Shown here piece by piece: positions 1-12,330 of a DNA stretch of 64,000 nucleotides. Location: positions 310,001 through 374,000 of the forward strand of contig MU008170.1 in assembly GCA_010909165.1 (NCBI GenBank), written 5' to 3'. Positions within the stretch are counted from its first letter, which is position 1. Every line of letters begins with the position of its first letter. Made by a program: the position numbers and the translations under genes. A model generated the notes under the pieces. It worked only from the letters and a program-made list of their open reading frames with translations, did not search any database and was not told the origin of the DNA. The DNA comes from Anthoceros angustus. Its lineage: Eukaryota; Plantae; Anthocerotophyta.

Positions 1-1690
1 GGCCACTTGGCTACCTTACCTTGCCTTTGCCTGTTTCACTGGCTCATTCGCCTGGCTTCAGGCTTCACCTGGCCTGCCTGTCTGGGCCACTTGGCCTGCT
101 CTGTCTGCTTGTAGGCCACTTGGCCTGTCTGTTTGTTTAGGCCCACCCTGTCTGCCTGCTTAGGCCACTTAGCCTGTCGCTTGTTTAGGCTTACTTGCCT
201 GTTTGCTTAGGCTCACCTGGCCTGCCTTACTTGGCCTGGCCTCGGCTTGCTTGGCCACTTGGCTTGCCTCACTCATTTCCTGCCTTACTTGGCCTGCCTC
301 GCTGCTTGTGGCTTACTTGGCTCGCCTCACTCTGGCTTAGGCTTACTTGGCTTGCCTCTTACTTGGCTTGCCTGTTTGCTTAGGCTTACTGGCTTGCCTC
401 TTACTGGCTTGCCCCACTCTGGCCTTGCCTAGGTCTACCTTGGCCTGGCTACCTACTGCCTATTCTGCCTGGCTCACTCTACTTCGTCCGCCTGGCTCAG
501 GCTTCACCTGGCCTGCCTGTCTGGCTCAGCCACCTGGCCTGGCTCTGTCTGCTCAGGCTCACCTTGGCCTGGTCTGCTTAGGCCCACCTGTTGCCCTGCC
601 TACTAGGGCCACTTAGCCTGTCCGCTTGTTTCCAGGCCACTTGCCTGCTTGCCTGGGCCAGCCTACTCTGGCTCTTGGCCTGGCCTGCTTCAGGCCACTT
701 GGCCTGCTCACTCAGCTTGGCCTCACTCATTTCTGGCCTCCGCTTAGGCTTACTTGGCTTGCCTCACTCTGGCTTAGGCTTACTCTGGCCTGCCTCACTC
801 ATTTGCTCTTGCTTAGGCCACTGCCCCCACTCATTTGCCCCACTCTGGCTCTGGCCTCCACCTGGCCTGTCCACCTGAGCCTTAGGCTTCACTTAGCCTC
901 TACCTGGTCCTTGTTTCCAGGCCCACTTGCCCCGCTTGACTTCAGGCTTCACCTGCCTCAGCCTTACTTGGCCTGGCCTCGGCTTGCTTTCAGGCTCACC
1001 TGGCCTTGGCCCTCCACTCATTTCCTGCCTCCATTTACTCTTAGGCTCTGGCCTCGCCTGGCTTGTGGCTTACTTGGCTGCACCCCTCACTCTGGCTTCA
1101 GGCCTACCTGGCCTTGCCTAGGTCTACCTTGGCCTGGCTACCTACTGCCTATTCTGCCTGGCTCACTCTACTTCGTCCGCCTGGCTCAGGCTTCACCTGG
1201 CCTGCCTGTCTGGCTCAGCCACCTGGCCTGGCTCTGTCTGCTCAGGCTCACCTTGGCCTGGTCTGCTTAGGCCCACCTGTTGCCCTGCCTACTAGGGCCA
1301 CTTAGCCTGTCCGCTTGTTTCCAGGCCACTTGCCTGCTTGCCTGGGCCAGCCTACTCTGGCTCTTGGCCTGGCCTGCTTCAGGCCACTTGGCCTGCTCAC
1401 TCAGCTTGGCCTCACTCATTTCTGGCCTCCGCTTAGGCTTACTTGGCTTGCCTCACTCTGGCTTAGGCTTACTCTGGCCTGCCTCACTCATTTGCTCTTG
1501 CTTAGGCCACTGCCCCCACTCATTTGCCCCACTCTGGCTCTGGCCTCCACCTGGCCTGTCTGCCTGCTTAGGCTCACTCTGGCCTGCCTTACTGGCCTTC
1601 CTGCCTGCTAGGCCTACTCTGGCTTGCTGGCTCACTCCTGCCTTAGGCTTACTTGTTGCTTAGGGCACTTGTTTGCCTAGCCTCACTTGG
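1..1690. repeat. Degenerate low-complexity satellite (TGGCCT/GGCTT/GCCT motifs, A-poor on + strand) with an internal ~450-bp exact duplication
   Basis: Short motifs are reshuffled throughout. 420-871 recurs at 1109-1560 (offset 689, also seen as identical ORFs at 591 and 1280). The L/A/W/P-rich ORFs are compositional artefacts. Confidence 0.85.
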
Positions 1691-2047
1691 CCTTCAATGC
1701 CAATTCCTGTCTCAGCTTTTGACCTTATTTAAATGTCATCTATTTTCTCCAAACTTGTTTGCGTCTCAATTTTAGCAGGACAGACAGCTCTGAAAGATCA
1801 AGTGAATTAACAATGAAAAATGTAAAGAATTTGCAAGTTTCTAACCATCTAAATATTGATCAGATAACAGTATCTAGAAATCGTGAATGGAATCAGATAT
1901 TTACAATATCGAATGCATATGAAAGAATGACCATCTCTGGTTTCATGAGAACAAGCAGAAAAAAAAGTAAACTCGTGAATAGCAAATCCCAAAGCTCAAC
2001 AAAGACTATGTCTTCAACATTTCTCTTACACAAGGAGCATACATAGA

Positions 2048-4817
2048 TCACTCCGCGACTTTGAAAGTGATCGCAGCTCCAAACTTTCTCTTAGCTTCAT
2101 CGTCAGATGAGCTACTGTCCGAAGCAGACCTCCTAAGCTTCAGCCCATTTGTCCTCGATTCGTCAAAATTTTCTTCTTCCCCAGGCTTTTTGCCCTCAGG
2201 TTGCTGAAGTCCTTCACCGGAGGTTTTGGCCATACAGTCACCTGAAGCAAGCATCCAAGCTTGTCCTCGATGTGAAACCTCGATTACTGTGTTCGTGTCT
2301 TCTGACGGAAGCGGCTGCAGCCAAGGTTCCCCATCCATTCGCACATAAGCCTGATCCTCGCTTTCAGCCCGGAATTCAATTCTCACTTTGTGAGCCTGAC
2401 GGCGCTTGCCAAATCAGCATTTTCCGGAAGAGAGAATAGCACGCAGACAGAAGAACCATCCAAAAGTACATGAATAAACAAACAAATGTCTACATACCTG
2501 AGCAAGGCGAGTGCCATGGCCCTTCGGAGCTAGAGATGCTAAACCGTGCCAACCATCTCTAAAACCAACAATTTCAAGAAGACCATCATTCACATATGGT
2601 GCAGTTAAACGTCGCTGAGGACACAAGCGAAGAGTCATTAGGCGCATTACAGCGATCACTGTGAGCATTAGAAATCTTGACAGCCAGAAGGAAATCTGCA
2701 AACTTGTAAGGGAGCACTGCACACCCACTAACACTGTCGTGGCCAGGCATGGGACTTACCGTGTTTGTTTTTTCTTCACTGGGATCTCCCCAAGGATCCA
2801 ATCCTCCAGAAAAGCTCGGCAAATTTAATAGCACGATGGACCGGATGCTACAAGTGAAACCTCACAAAGTTAGCAAGCTGTTTGCACTGACGCAATGATA
2901 AATATACATGATACATTGCAGAATAAGTGCAGCCCATTCTTGTAGTCCAATTTTCTTCTGGCAACTTAGCAGCTGGTTATTCCTCACCTGTTTGAAATCT
3001 CCAAATCCTCCCACTGTCCGTTATGCTTGGCGATTTTGACCTTAGCAAGATGGTTTATATTTCTGTTATCATGTTAGCTAGTTAGCTATACCACACTCCA
3101 GACCTCAAACCCTGAGGAAATGACCTTCAATGACGACATCAGCTTTCTCACCTGGAAGCTGGATGCATAAAATTGGCACAGAACCAGCCCTGGGTGCATC
3201 CCAGAGATGCATACCTAAGCTGTCAAATTGCATGGACAAGCATTCAGATCAGAGGCACACAGACATTCGCATAAGCATGTTTGCTTTTGTAGACACCATA
3301 ATAAGCGTCAGACCTGATTTAAAAATTGGCTCTTGAATTTCTCAGGATTACTTTCCCTCTTCTTATGGAAAGCATAAGATATTTGTGCATCCATTCCTAC
3401 AAAATGAAGCCCAAGAAATAAAAGGTCAGCGACTACTCATGTAACTCTGAAGAATTCAGGAAGCAGAAACAGGCTCGACAACGCGGCTCTGTACCCATGC
3501 TCAGGTAGTTCCAGAATCCACCTCGATACGTAAGACGTCCTTCCTGAGCCACATGAACTTTCAGCAGTTGGCCTCGACCCCAGGACTACAAATGTCATGC
3601 ATCAACCCTTCGGCTGAAGAGAATGTTTTCGCACATGCAATAGGTGAGTGTGCTGCAATCTGTTCATGCTTCAAACTGGACGCAGAGCAAATACCTCATG
3701 AAGCTCGTCGCCAGGATTGACTTGCTTGAATTGGTGCAATGAATGTGGCAATTGGACAGGCTGTGGACTGCGGCTGGTTTCGGATGGTGGCGCCAATCTT
3801 AAGAGGAGGTGCCAACTGGGAATGACAGAATGTGAAAGTGAGTAGGCGTGTGAGTAGACTAGGGACCTACTGGACCAAACGCGGGATATTAGCCCGCGGA
3901 TCCAAAGACACTTACCTGTCTACAGGAATCGGTCGTGCAGCAGCAACCTTGAATAGAATTTCCCGCACTGCATTTGTGTCCGTCCATGGATTTTTTTTCC
4001 CCTGCAAATGGGTGCATATGGAGGAGAAGAGTGTGTAGGCACTTCTGAATGGAGCGGAAAATGTGACCATTGCTGAGTCTTTGCTGCTTCAAGATCCCCA
4101 AGCGGATTCACATTTGACCCTCTGCTCTCCAAATGCATTTGGTCATCCCCTACACTTACCCATCCGAAAGAAAAGGGCAAGTTGTTTCCAGTCCCCAGTG
4201 GAATGGTCGCAAGAGGTGGCGGGTTCGCCAGCCTGAGGTCTCCGACGGTTCCCAGCAGCCATCCAGCAGTGCCGTCTCCTCCTGCAACCTGAAACCAGGA
4301 GGACATGGAAGGGCCACCAAATCTCAGCCTTAGATACGAACTCCCCTGAGACCTTCTCCTTGCATCCAAAGAAAAACGGCGGCTTACAATCAATCGAAGG
4401 TTGGCCCGAATTTCTTCCGCAAGCCTATCACCCTCCGTGCGGAACTTCTCCAAATTGCGGAGCACAGAATGAAGAACGTCTCCGGGCTGATGCTCAGAGA
4501 GATCGTACACCTGGATGTTGGCTGGTAGCATGAGACAGGGAAGCCAAAAGGAGAAAAAATGTGTGCTGTATGCGTGTAGGCGTGAAGGAAGATGCGGGGG
4601 AAAGACTGGGCACCTGTTCCGGATTGAGCAGAGCCCGAAACGACTGGATGAGCGGAGCCCCGAGCTGGCCACCGCTCTTGGAGTTGATGAAGACGATGAC
4701 AGGCCATTTGGGAGCAGGTCCCGGAGACTCCTGGTCAGGAATCTCCCCCGTGAGCACATAATCTGGCACGATAAAATCGTACAAGCTGTCCTCTTGCTGC
4801 TGCGAGAACAGCACCAT
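2048..4817 (-). CDS. DGK5: Diacylglycerol kinase, plant cluster III (DGK5-like), multi-exon
   Basis: Exons give [28 protein letters not shown] (ATP-binding GGDG), [75 protein letters not shown] and C-terminal [11 protein letters not shown]. Introns are GT-AG. Confidence 0.93.
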
Positions 4818-5258
4818 GACTGAGAGCTGCTAGATAGGCTTCCAATTTGCCTACGCGGAAACACCACACAAGGCCGGCTCGGGTTGTGGATGTAGGTAGT
4901 CCGGTCCGCTGCAAGGCAAGTACTAGTCCAGGCCAGCCCCAGCCCCAGCCCCGGCCCCGGCTCCCATGTTGCGTCGCCTTGTCAATGGCCGCACGTGGAG
5001 ATAGCCGCCGCGGCAGCTGCACCTCACAGTGCTCCACACAGTCTACACACAGTGCACACCGCCGGCCCCGGCCCCGACCCCTTCTCGGACACCAGTCAAG
5101 CAGGTGCAGCCTGGACTAACGCGCCGCAGCCCTGGCCGATCTGTAACATACATGTACATACAAGACTGTAGAACTTGGGTACATATGGAGCCGCCGGCAA
5201 TGGCGGCACTTGCCTGCATAAAAGCCGGGCTAAACAAAGTTTGGGGTCGCCAGTACTG

Positions 5259-7318
5259 CTAGCCTCCTGTGCTCCCGCTAAAGATGGATTCCGAAGATGC
5301 CAAACTGCGCCAAGGACAAAAAGCTGGAGGGAAAGACGGGCACATAGACGCCCGCTGGACTTCTGTAAATGATCTCCTGCGAAAAGCACTTGATGCGGTC
5401 GCATAATCCTGGATCTGCAGGCCAGGCCAAGGCAGGGCAAGGCAGGCCAAGCCAGGCCGGGACAAGGTCATCAGACTGCAACAGTATGAAGTGAAGCATC
5501 GATGGCACAGTGCAAGTGAGAGTTCCCGGCTCAGCTCAGAGTTAGGAAGCTGACTGTGGGCTTGGATAAACTGGAGAAGGGGTTGAGTGACGTCCTGCTC
5601 CAAGGACCGGCTGAAGATAAAGTCGGCGTGTGCATACTCGGACAGGTAGTGCAACTCCGGCGAGGCTGCAAACTCTGCCACCAGGCGCAGCACGTCCACC
5701 GAGTCTGCAAACGTGTCCGCTCCCCCGTACATGACAAGCACGGGAATGTTCCCCGGGAGAGAGGATATTTGGTAGGAGGGCGCATAGGGTGTGCCATAGA
5801 CTTGCAGGCTCCGTGGGATGCTGCCGTACTCATAAGTCTGGAAGTTGCCCTTATGCATACCTGGTGACATCACACATCTTCAGCTCCACCATGAGCATTT
5901 GCACCAGCACCGTGCATTCACGCATGCTATTAGCTAGGGGGGGAACCTTACTTTGATATAGATGATCAAGGAGTTTGAAGGAGGTGCAGCTTGCATTGCC
6001 GGTGAATGCCTCGAACACCACCTTGGGGTCTAGGCAGCAGTTGGGACCTGCATCCAGGATTAAAGCCTTAGCTCGTCCCTTTTCCCAATTTATGATGGTA
6101 GCCAGCAAGCACCAACCTGTGACACTTGTCACGGCGGCAGACATGAACTGTTTCAACCACGGGTCCCTCATAAACTCGGGAATGAGCCCTGCAAATCTGG
6201 CTAACCAGAGCCAGGTGTGTCAAAACTGCTGTCCCGGGAGGACTTGCATATCAACAACCCTGGGGCTACTCACATGTCAAGGCACAGACTTGGAACGGTC
6301 TTGTAAGCTGTCTGCAACCATGTAAGCGAATAAGTAGCACTGTCAGGCATCCATCGTGCTCCTAGTACCGCTATCACTCAGCTACTACCACTCACTTGTG
6401 TAATGTCTGCCTGCTTGATTGAACGCAGCAACGGCGCTGACGTAACATTAGAGTAAATAACAGGAGCTATGAAAGTCGCAGAAGCCACCATTTGAGCTTG
6501 CTGGAACAGATACGTCAGGGCACCAACAGCAACTCTGGCTCCCTGTGTCACCGAAGGGCGGCAGCTCAACACTCCTTACCGTGGGACACCGTAAGCATCC
6601 ACTTCAACAAGCTGACAGCGGGAGCTAGGTTTAGAGGTAGTGGCCAGAGACAGTACATGTGAAAAGCCAACGAGATGAAATTGCCGATCGCTGATGGCAC
6701 TCAGAAGGGTCTGCACAAGGGCCGGAAAGTCGTAGTTCACCATCTCGTCCCCGCACCAATCCCAGTACTCCTGTTGCATTGAACTTGGGTGAGAGGACGG
6801 TTTTCATGCTTGGCTTGCAGTGTGTGTGCAGGGCAGCAAGCCCAGGAACACGGTCGTTCCATACCATGTCAGTGGAAACATAGTGATTGTGACCTAGTCC
6901 ATACAGACTTGTCCGCATATTGGCAATCCATACACTCATGTTGTTGTCTGCGGCAGTTAAAGGTATTGGATTGGCCGAGTAAAACCACTGCTCGCCACCC
7001 AAGAAGACTGTGTGCAGGAACAGAACCTCCGCAGAGTAATTGCCTTGGTGGTTCTTGTGCGTGACATGCTCCAACGTCAGACCGAAGCCATCATTCGTCC
7101 ACACCTGCCCAGCCCACACCAAACGGTGCGCGTCATCATCTCCTCACCTTCCCTCAACACCCTCAGTGCCAAAGGAAAGGGTCCAGGTAAAGCACCGAAC
7201 GCTCCGCACAATCATAATTCTTGAACGGCTCGATCACTTCTTGACAAAATGCCGTTCCCCATGTCAATCTTACGCTACAGCTGCACATCAGTACGAGGAA
7301 AAGGATATTTGAGGGCAT
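5259..7318 (-). CDS. Secreted acid/triacylglycerol lipase (AB-hydrolase, LIP1/LIP2 family), multi-exon
   Basis: Signal peptide MPSNILFLVLMCSCSVRLTWG, then FCQEVIEP..YDC, TNDGFGLTL, VWIANMRT, EYWDW..DEMVNYDFPA, nucleophile elbow VGFSH|G split by an intron, GGADTFAD (catalytic Asp) and YAHADF (catalytic His). The stop position is uncertain. Confidence 0.85.
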
Positions 7319-7921
7319 TCTCCACGTATTAACGGGATTTGCTGGTTAGAGAAATCTGCATGCACCGTGTGAGGACCCCACAACCTAATAAGTTGGCGTC
7401 AGACAAGTGAGGCAGACGATGAGAACATGTACATAACAAGAGGTAGCAGAGCCAAGATGGAAAATGACAAAGAAGAACAAGTCTACGTAACGAATGCTGG
7501 TAACTGACAACTTTGGGTGCTGTTGCTAGTACCTATGCGAACACGAAAATGCCGAGCGTTTGCTCCAAAAGCAACCTGCTCTAAAGCAGTGTCAGGCGGT
7601 TGATCCCAAGGCTCCTGATCTAAGTGTTACAGTCTTTGTACTGACGAACGCAGATGCAGCTGAGAGAGAAAGGGCAGTAGCTATGGCTGTGCTGCCGTCA
7701 ACATTATAAGCAACGCGTTTCTAGCAGAAATGCATTCCAGAAAGTGTAGTTCGGATGTAGTAAAGTATGTAGTTTCACTGTTTTACACTGTGAATTGAAG
7801 GCGATGGCAATGAGTGTCGAATTGGGAAGTGAAAGCAGCAAGCAGCCCAATCAGGCATAATGCTGATATCAATCTTGTGTTCCGAGACAAGACAATAGTG
7901 GAACATGTAACAAGAAGGAAA

Positions 7922-8965
7922 TCATAGTTTGAGCACCGCACAGCCAAAAACAGTTCCTTTTGAAACTGTCATTCTTGCTCCCTTCCGCCACACAGGTTTC
8001 TCATTTCCCACGCTACAGATGTCCACATCATGCATGTACTCTATGTCTAGACTGTGACCACGGGGCTCCATCACCCCGCCCACCACGTAAAGCTCGGAAC
8101 CAAGGCCTGTAACACCATACCCGATTCTATGCAAGCAATCGGGCCAAGGACGTAGAGACCTTCTCAATGCAGGCAGTGTGTGCTCTCTGCTTATGGTGCC
8201 ATGCCGAACAACAAAAAGCTCATCTCCCACCACGGCCGTGATTCCCTGGGCCCAAGTGCAATCCACCTCCATCCATCTCCTCTCTGTAGACTGGTAAATT
8301 TGAGCCTTGCTCACACCCTTGTGCAGCACATGCACCTTCCCTTCGTACACCACTCCAGAGCAAGCGGAATTGTGAACAGCGCCTAGCTCCGGGAGTGCTT
8401 CCCACAGGTCTTCCTGCGGGTTGTACTTTTCCGCCAAAGCCAGAGACTTCCTGGTTTTGGTGAAACCACCGGCAACCATGATACATCCATCCACAACGCA
8501 GCAAGCAAACTGTGCCCTGGCTGTGAGCATGGGAGCCTTTTGAGTCCACGCCCTGGAGATGGCGTCAAACGCCCACACCTGGTTGGTTGCCATGACTCCA
8601 TCACGGTCCCCCGTGACAGGGTCCACATCGTCGCTGCCCCCCCCTACCACATACAGCTTCCCATCCACTGCAGCTGTTCCGAAATTCGCCAAGTGCTTCA
8701 CTCCGGACGGCAGCGGGGGCAATGTGAACCATTTCTCATGGCAGGGATCGTACGCTTGCCAAATCTTGTCAGGCTCACGCGCATTCACGTACAGCCATTC
8801 CTCCGCTGTTCCCGCCTCCCTACGCACCCTGAAAAGCTCTTCGCTCTGCAATGTGGCCCGCCAAGCCCGAGAAACCAGCTGCAAGGTTGGGTACAGAGCC
8901 AGCGGCGCACGGGCTAGGCACTGCAGCGCCACAGCATCAGGAATGCCATCGATGATGCTCCCCAT
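7922..8965 (-). CDS. SKIP30: F-box/kelch-repeat protein SKIP30-like, single coding exon (347 aa)
   Basis: MGSIIDGIPDAVALQCLAR F-box, then kelch repeats YVVGGGSDDVDPVTGDRDG, FACCVVDGCIMVAGGF and HNSACSG, closely resembling Arabidopsis SKIP30. Confidence 0.9.
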   Translation of the reverse strand: MGSIIDGIPDAVALQCLARAPLALYPTLQLVSRAWRATLQSEELFRVRREAGTAEEWLYVNAREPDKIWQAYDPCHEKWFTLPPLPSGVKHLANFGTAAVDGKLYVVGGGSDDVDPVTGDRDGVMATNQVWAFDAISRAWTQKAPMLTARAQFACCVVDGCIMVAGGFTKTRKSLALAEKYNPQEDLWEALPELGAVHNSACSGVVYEGKVHVLHKGVSKAQIYQSTERRWMEVDCTWAQGITAVVGDELFVVRHGTISREHTLPALRRSLRPWPDCLHRIGYGVTGLGSELYVVGGVMEPRGHSLDIEYMHDVDICSVGNEKPVWRKGARMTVSKGTVFGCAVLKL

Positions 8966-9467
8966 CACAGCACTGGACAACCTGACCTCCAGCCAGCCGA
9001 GCCTGCAACCTGTTATATCAGCCAAGCCCGCCTGGGCATGGTGTCCTGGATGCTGCCTGTTGCCCAAGCCCTGTCGTCCTTGGACGGGTCACGAGGAGTC
9101 GATGACACTCGAGGTCTCCGGGTCTTGAGAAAAAAAATCACAGAGACGACTGAGCACAAGCTCCGCTCCTCCAAGCACACATGCCTTCGTACACCACCAG
9201 CTTCCCATGACTCTCGCTCTCGACCCCTCCTGTCTGCAGTTGCTCACCAAATCATTCTCACAAGGGAAAGGGAACCATAAAAGTGGGTCATGGCATTCTC
9301 GTCGAGCGCGTTTCCCCGGACACCAACTTTAGCTGGTAGAATGGCAGATGGGGATCTAACCAATAGACCTAGGACCCCACAAGCCCTAGCCAAAGGAAGG
9401 CAAGACACCGGCAACCATACCGTCGTCGGTTGTGACCTGTCACCCTTTACTACTTCCAGGAGTGGGG

Positions 9468-11992
9468 ATGTGTATGGAGCCAGGTATGGGTCAGTCCAGC
9501 AGGGCCTTCTCCTGCTCCTGCGCCTGTCTCTTCTCGCCTCCTGTTGCCCCCAGGCAAGGGTCGTTTGTGCAAGCAGTTAGACCAGTGCTTGAATGCGGGG
9601 GGGTCACTACCTCGTCCTCTTCCGGACACGTGCGAACATCTGGTCGTAGTCGTAGGAAGCAAAACACCATCAGAACGACTGGTGGAAGGAGGCCTGTTGT
9701 GGCTGCGGGGATCGAGCAGTTTTCGTCTGATGATTTCGAAATGGGTCGACTGCTTGGTACCTTCGGCTACATGAACATATCCAGGTTAGCTCACACATTC
9801 AGCTCCATTCGTGTGACTTCAGTGCCCATGTCGAACCAGCCCTTCATCTTGCTCAAGTGGCACCTGACGGTGCTCCGCAGTTACTCTCCGGGAAGTACGT
9901 TTGGATCGGGGTTGTTCGGCGAGAATTCTGCCACAGGTCTTGACAAACGAGATGTGGAGCGGCTAAGCGGACAGGATGTTGGTCAAGGCCAAGTGCAAAC
10001 AAGGTGCGTGAACTTTCTTCTCATGTACCAGTACTACGCCTCGTGCTCCAATGTGTCTATCATGTTAACAGCAGATTTTGTCAGCCTACATGCAGATTGT
10101 ATGCTGGGCGAATTTTACGAGGCGAACGAATGGGCACACGAGTGCTGCTCAAGGTCATCGTTGTTATGTGGAATGCATTTGCTGCTTTGACGGGCAATCT
10201 TCAGGAGGCCATCCTTGCACTGTGAGAATTCAGCATACATTTTTACCGGAACATGCAGGCCTACCCCGGGATGGTAGCAAGGGGAGCTGATTCCGACGTC
10301 ATGGCTGTGAATGAGCTTGCAACTCATGCTGCTCTTCAGGTGCTGTACGCAGAGCTTTATGCGATTGCCTGGAAGCCATATGTAGTATAGCTGAAACATT
10401 TTGGCTTTCTGCTCAGGAGTCACAAGATCGACTCTCCCCCAATCTGGCATTCTTGTACGGTGGCTTCCAAACACGAACAGGCGAACAGGTTGGGGAAGGT
10501 CTTTTCTGTGGCTTTGCCAAAGTCCTGGCTTTCAGTTCTGAGTGAAAAAAAATTCTCTGCATTTGTCTTGTTTGGTGCAGTGGCTCGTCTTCAGAGATGA
10601 TGGACAGATCACGGCTGCTGATTATGCCAGGGCTGCCAGTGAAGCAACTGCCAACAAGCGAGCTGTTGGCGAATGGGATTTTTGGGACCGGTTTGACCTC
10701 ACCCGTCCCATCCAGAGAAGGCGTTTCTTCATCATCAAATTACTGCGAGGAGCCTTCAGTGGATTGTCATATTTGCATGCGTGTGGCCGGCTCCACCAAA
10801 GTCTAGGACCTGCGTCAATTGTGCTCAAGTGTGTTCTCCCACATTATCTTGTGCCTGGATGTGTTCAGTGCAGTGATTGGGTTACACAGGCTTGGCCTTC
10901 CACTTCATGTAATTCTATCTATCTTGTGGGAAACCTCTTGTAGCACAATGGAAGAAAGAGATGTCAGCTTCCTCGTCCCACGACTTCAGGATTTAGCGTT
11001 CTCTGCCGATGTGAGGTGAGTTTTTAATGGATGCTCCTCCCTTCAGATACCCCTGTCCTCAGTTTGGTGTCTCCTCTTGACTTTTCAACATCAGCTGATT
11101 TATGTTGTGGACTTGCTAGTGATAAGGCCATCTTTAGTGGATGGATGCTTGGGGAGCGGCGTTTGAACAGTACAAGGTCAGAGGACAGGTCCTTAGAAGC
11201 AGCAACAGCTGCACTATCTGACAGTCTGTGGCAGCGAGCAGCAGCTGCCGGAGCTTCGACAGCACTTCAGAAGAGGGCCTTTGGCATTGCTGATGACATG
11301 TTAGCACTTATGCTCTTTCTTGAATGCATCTATTTGTTGCTTGTTGGGATGCAGTTTTGTAACCAATGTGTCTTGTGTCCAGATACGCGGGTGGTCTTTT
11401 GCTGGCATATATGGTCTTTGTTCCCTTGAGTCCTCCTGGTAGTATTGACGGGCCTTCATTGCAGGTCTGTGCTATTACTGTTTGCTCTGCTGGATTTCAG
11501 CTTCTGCCCTCATAGTGGCTAAGCATGGTTATTTGGTCGCGCTTTCTGCAGAGGCTCTTGGAGACGACATTTGGACTCAACATACAAGCAGCTAAAGGGT
11601 GAGCTTCTGTGTATCGAAGCCCTTGCACGTCTGTTCCACATTACATCCTAATAGAGAAATTCCAGATATAATGACACCATTATACACATAAACTGAATTT
11701 TCTCTGGTACCACCAGGTATTTCGCTGCGGATGATCAGCTCAGCGAGGCAGTGAAATTTCTCGACTTGGATGACGGAGCTGGATGGCAACTGCTTCAGGT
11801 TTTGCTCACCTGTAGCCTTGAACCCTTACGGCTTCGTACATTCGAGTGCATGCTTCAAGGGTTTGGTTGAAGGTTTAATCAGGGACTTTATGTTGATGCT
11901 TGCAGGCGATGGTAAATCCCGATTATCGGCAGAGGCCAACGGCCGACGCAGTTTTGAATCATGCATTCATGACCGGGGCTGTTCTGGTATAA
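9468..11992 (+). CDS. Plastid-targeted protein-kinase-like protein (atypical/pseudokinase, related to the ORG1/PAP14 and STN7/8-type kinase group), multi-exon
   Basis: S/R-rich transit-peptide-like N-terminus. Exons give VLLKAYP, AVNELATH, GGFQTRTGEQWLVFRDDG, GLSYLHACGRLHQSLGPASIVLN, PRLQDLAFS, FLDLDDGAGWQLLQAMVNPDYRQRPTADAVLNHAF. Confidence 0.8.
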
Positions 11993-12330
11993 GTTAACTG
12001 TTGTCGCTGCGGTGCATTATCTCCAAATGTGTTCGATTTTTGCGTCTTTTGCAATCAATCGTGTCACCTTAGTACCGATAGGAAGCTTCGCAATCTTTTC
12101 AGACAGGCGGAGCACGAACTTTTGCGTTGCACTCTCCTCCAGTCTGAGCAACACAAAGTCCAAGCACAACATTCAGTCGCCTGATTCGACCCTCACTCAG
12201 TTGTCGCTTCCCTTAACGTGATTCTCTCATCCGTTTCCCTGCGCCAATACCGGGCACCACAACAGTGTGAAATTTCATGCGCAAATTGCTTCAGAAACTT
12301 GCCCATAAGTACGGGAGTGGATTACCTTGT

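Noticed and set aside
195-1663. Numerous L/A/W/P-rich ORFs
   Set aside because: These arise from an A-poor satellite with few stop codons and have no domain content.
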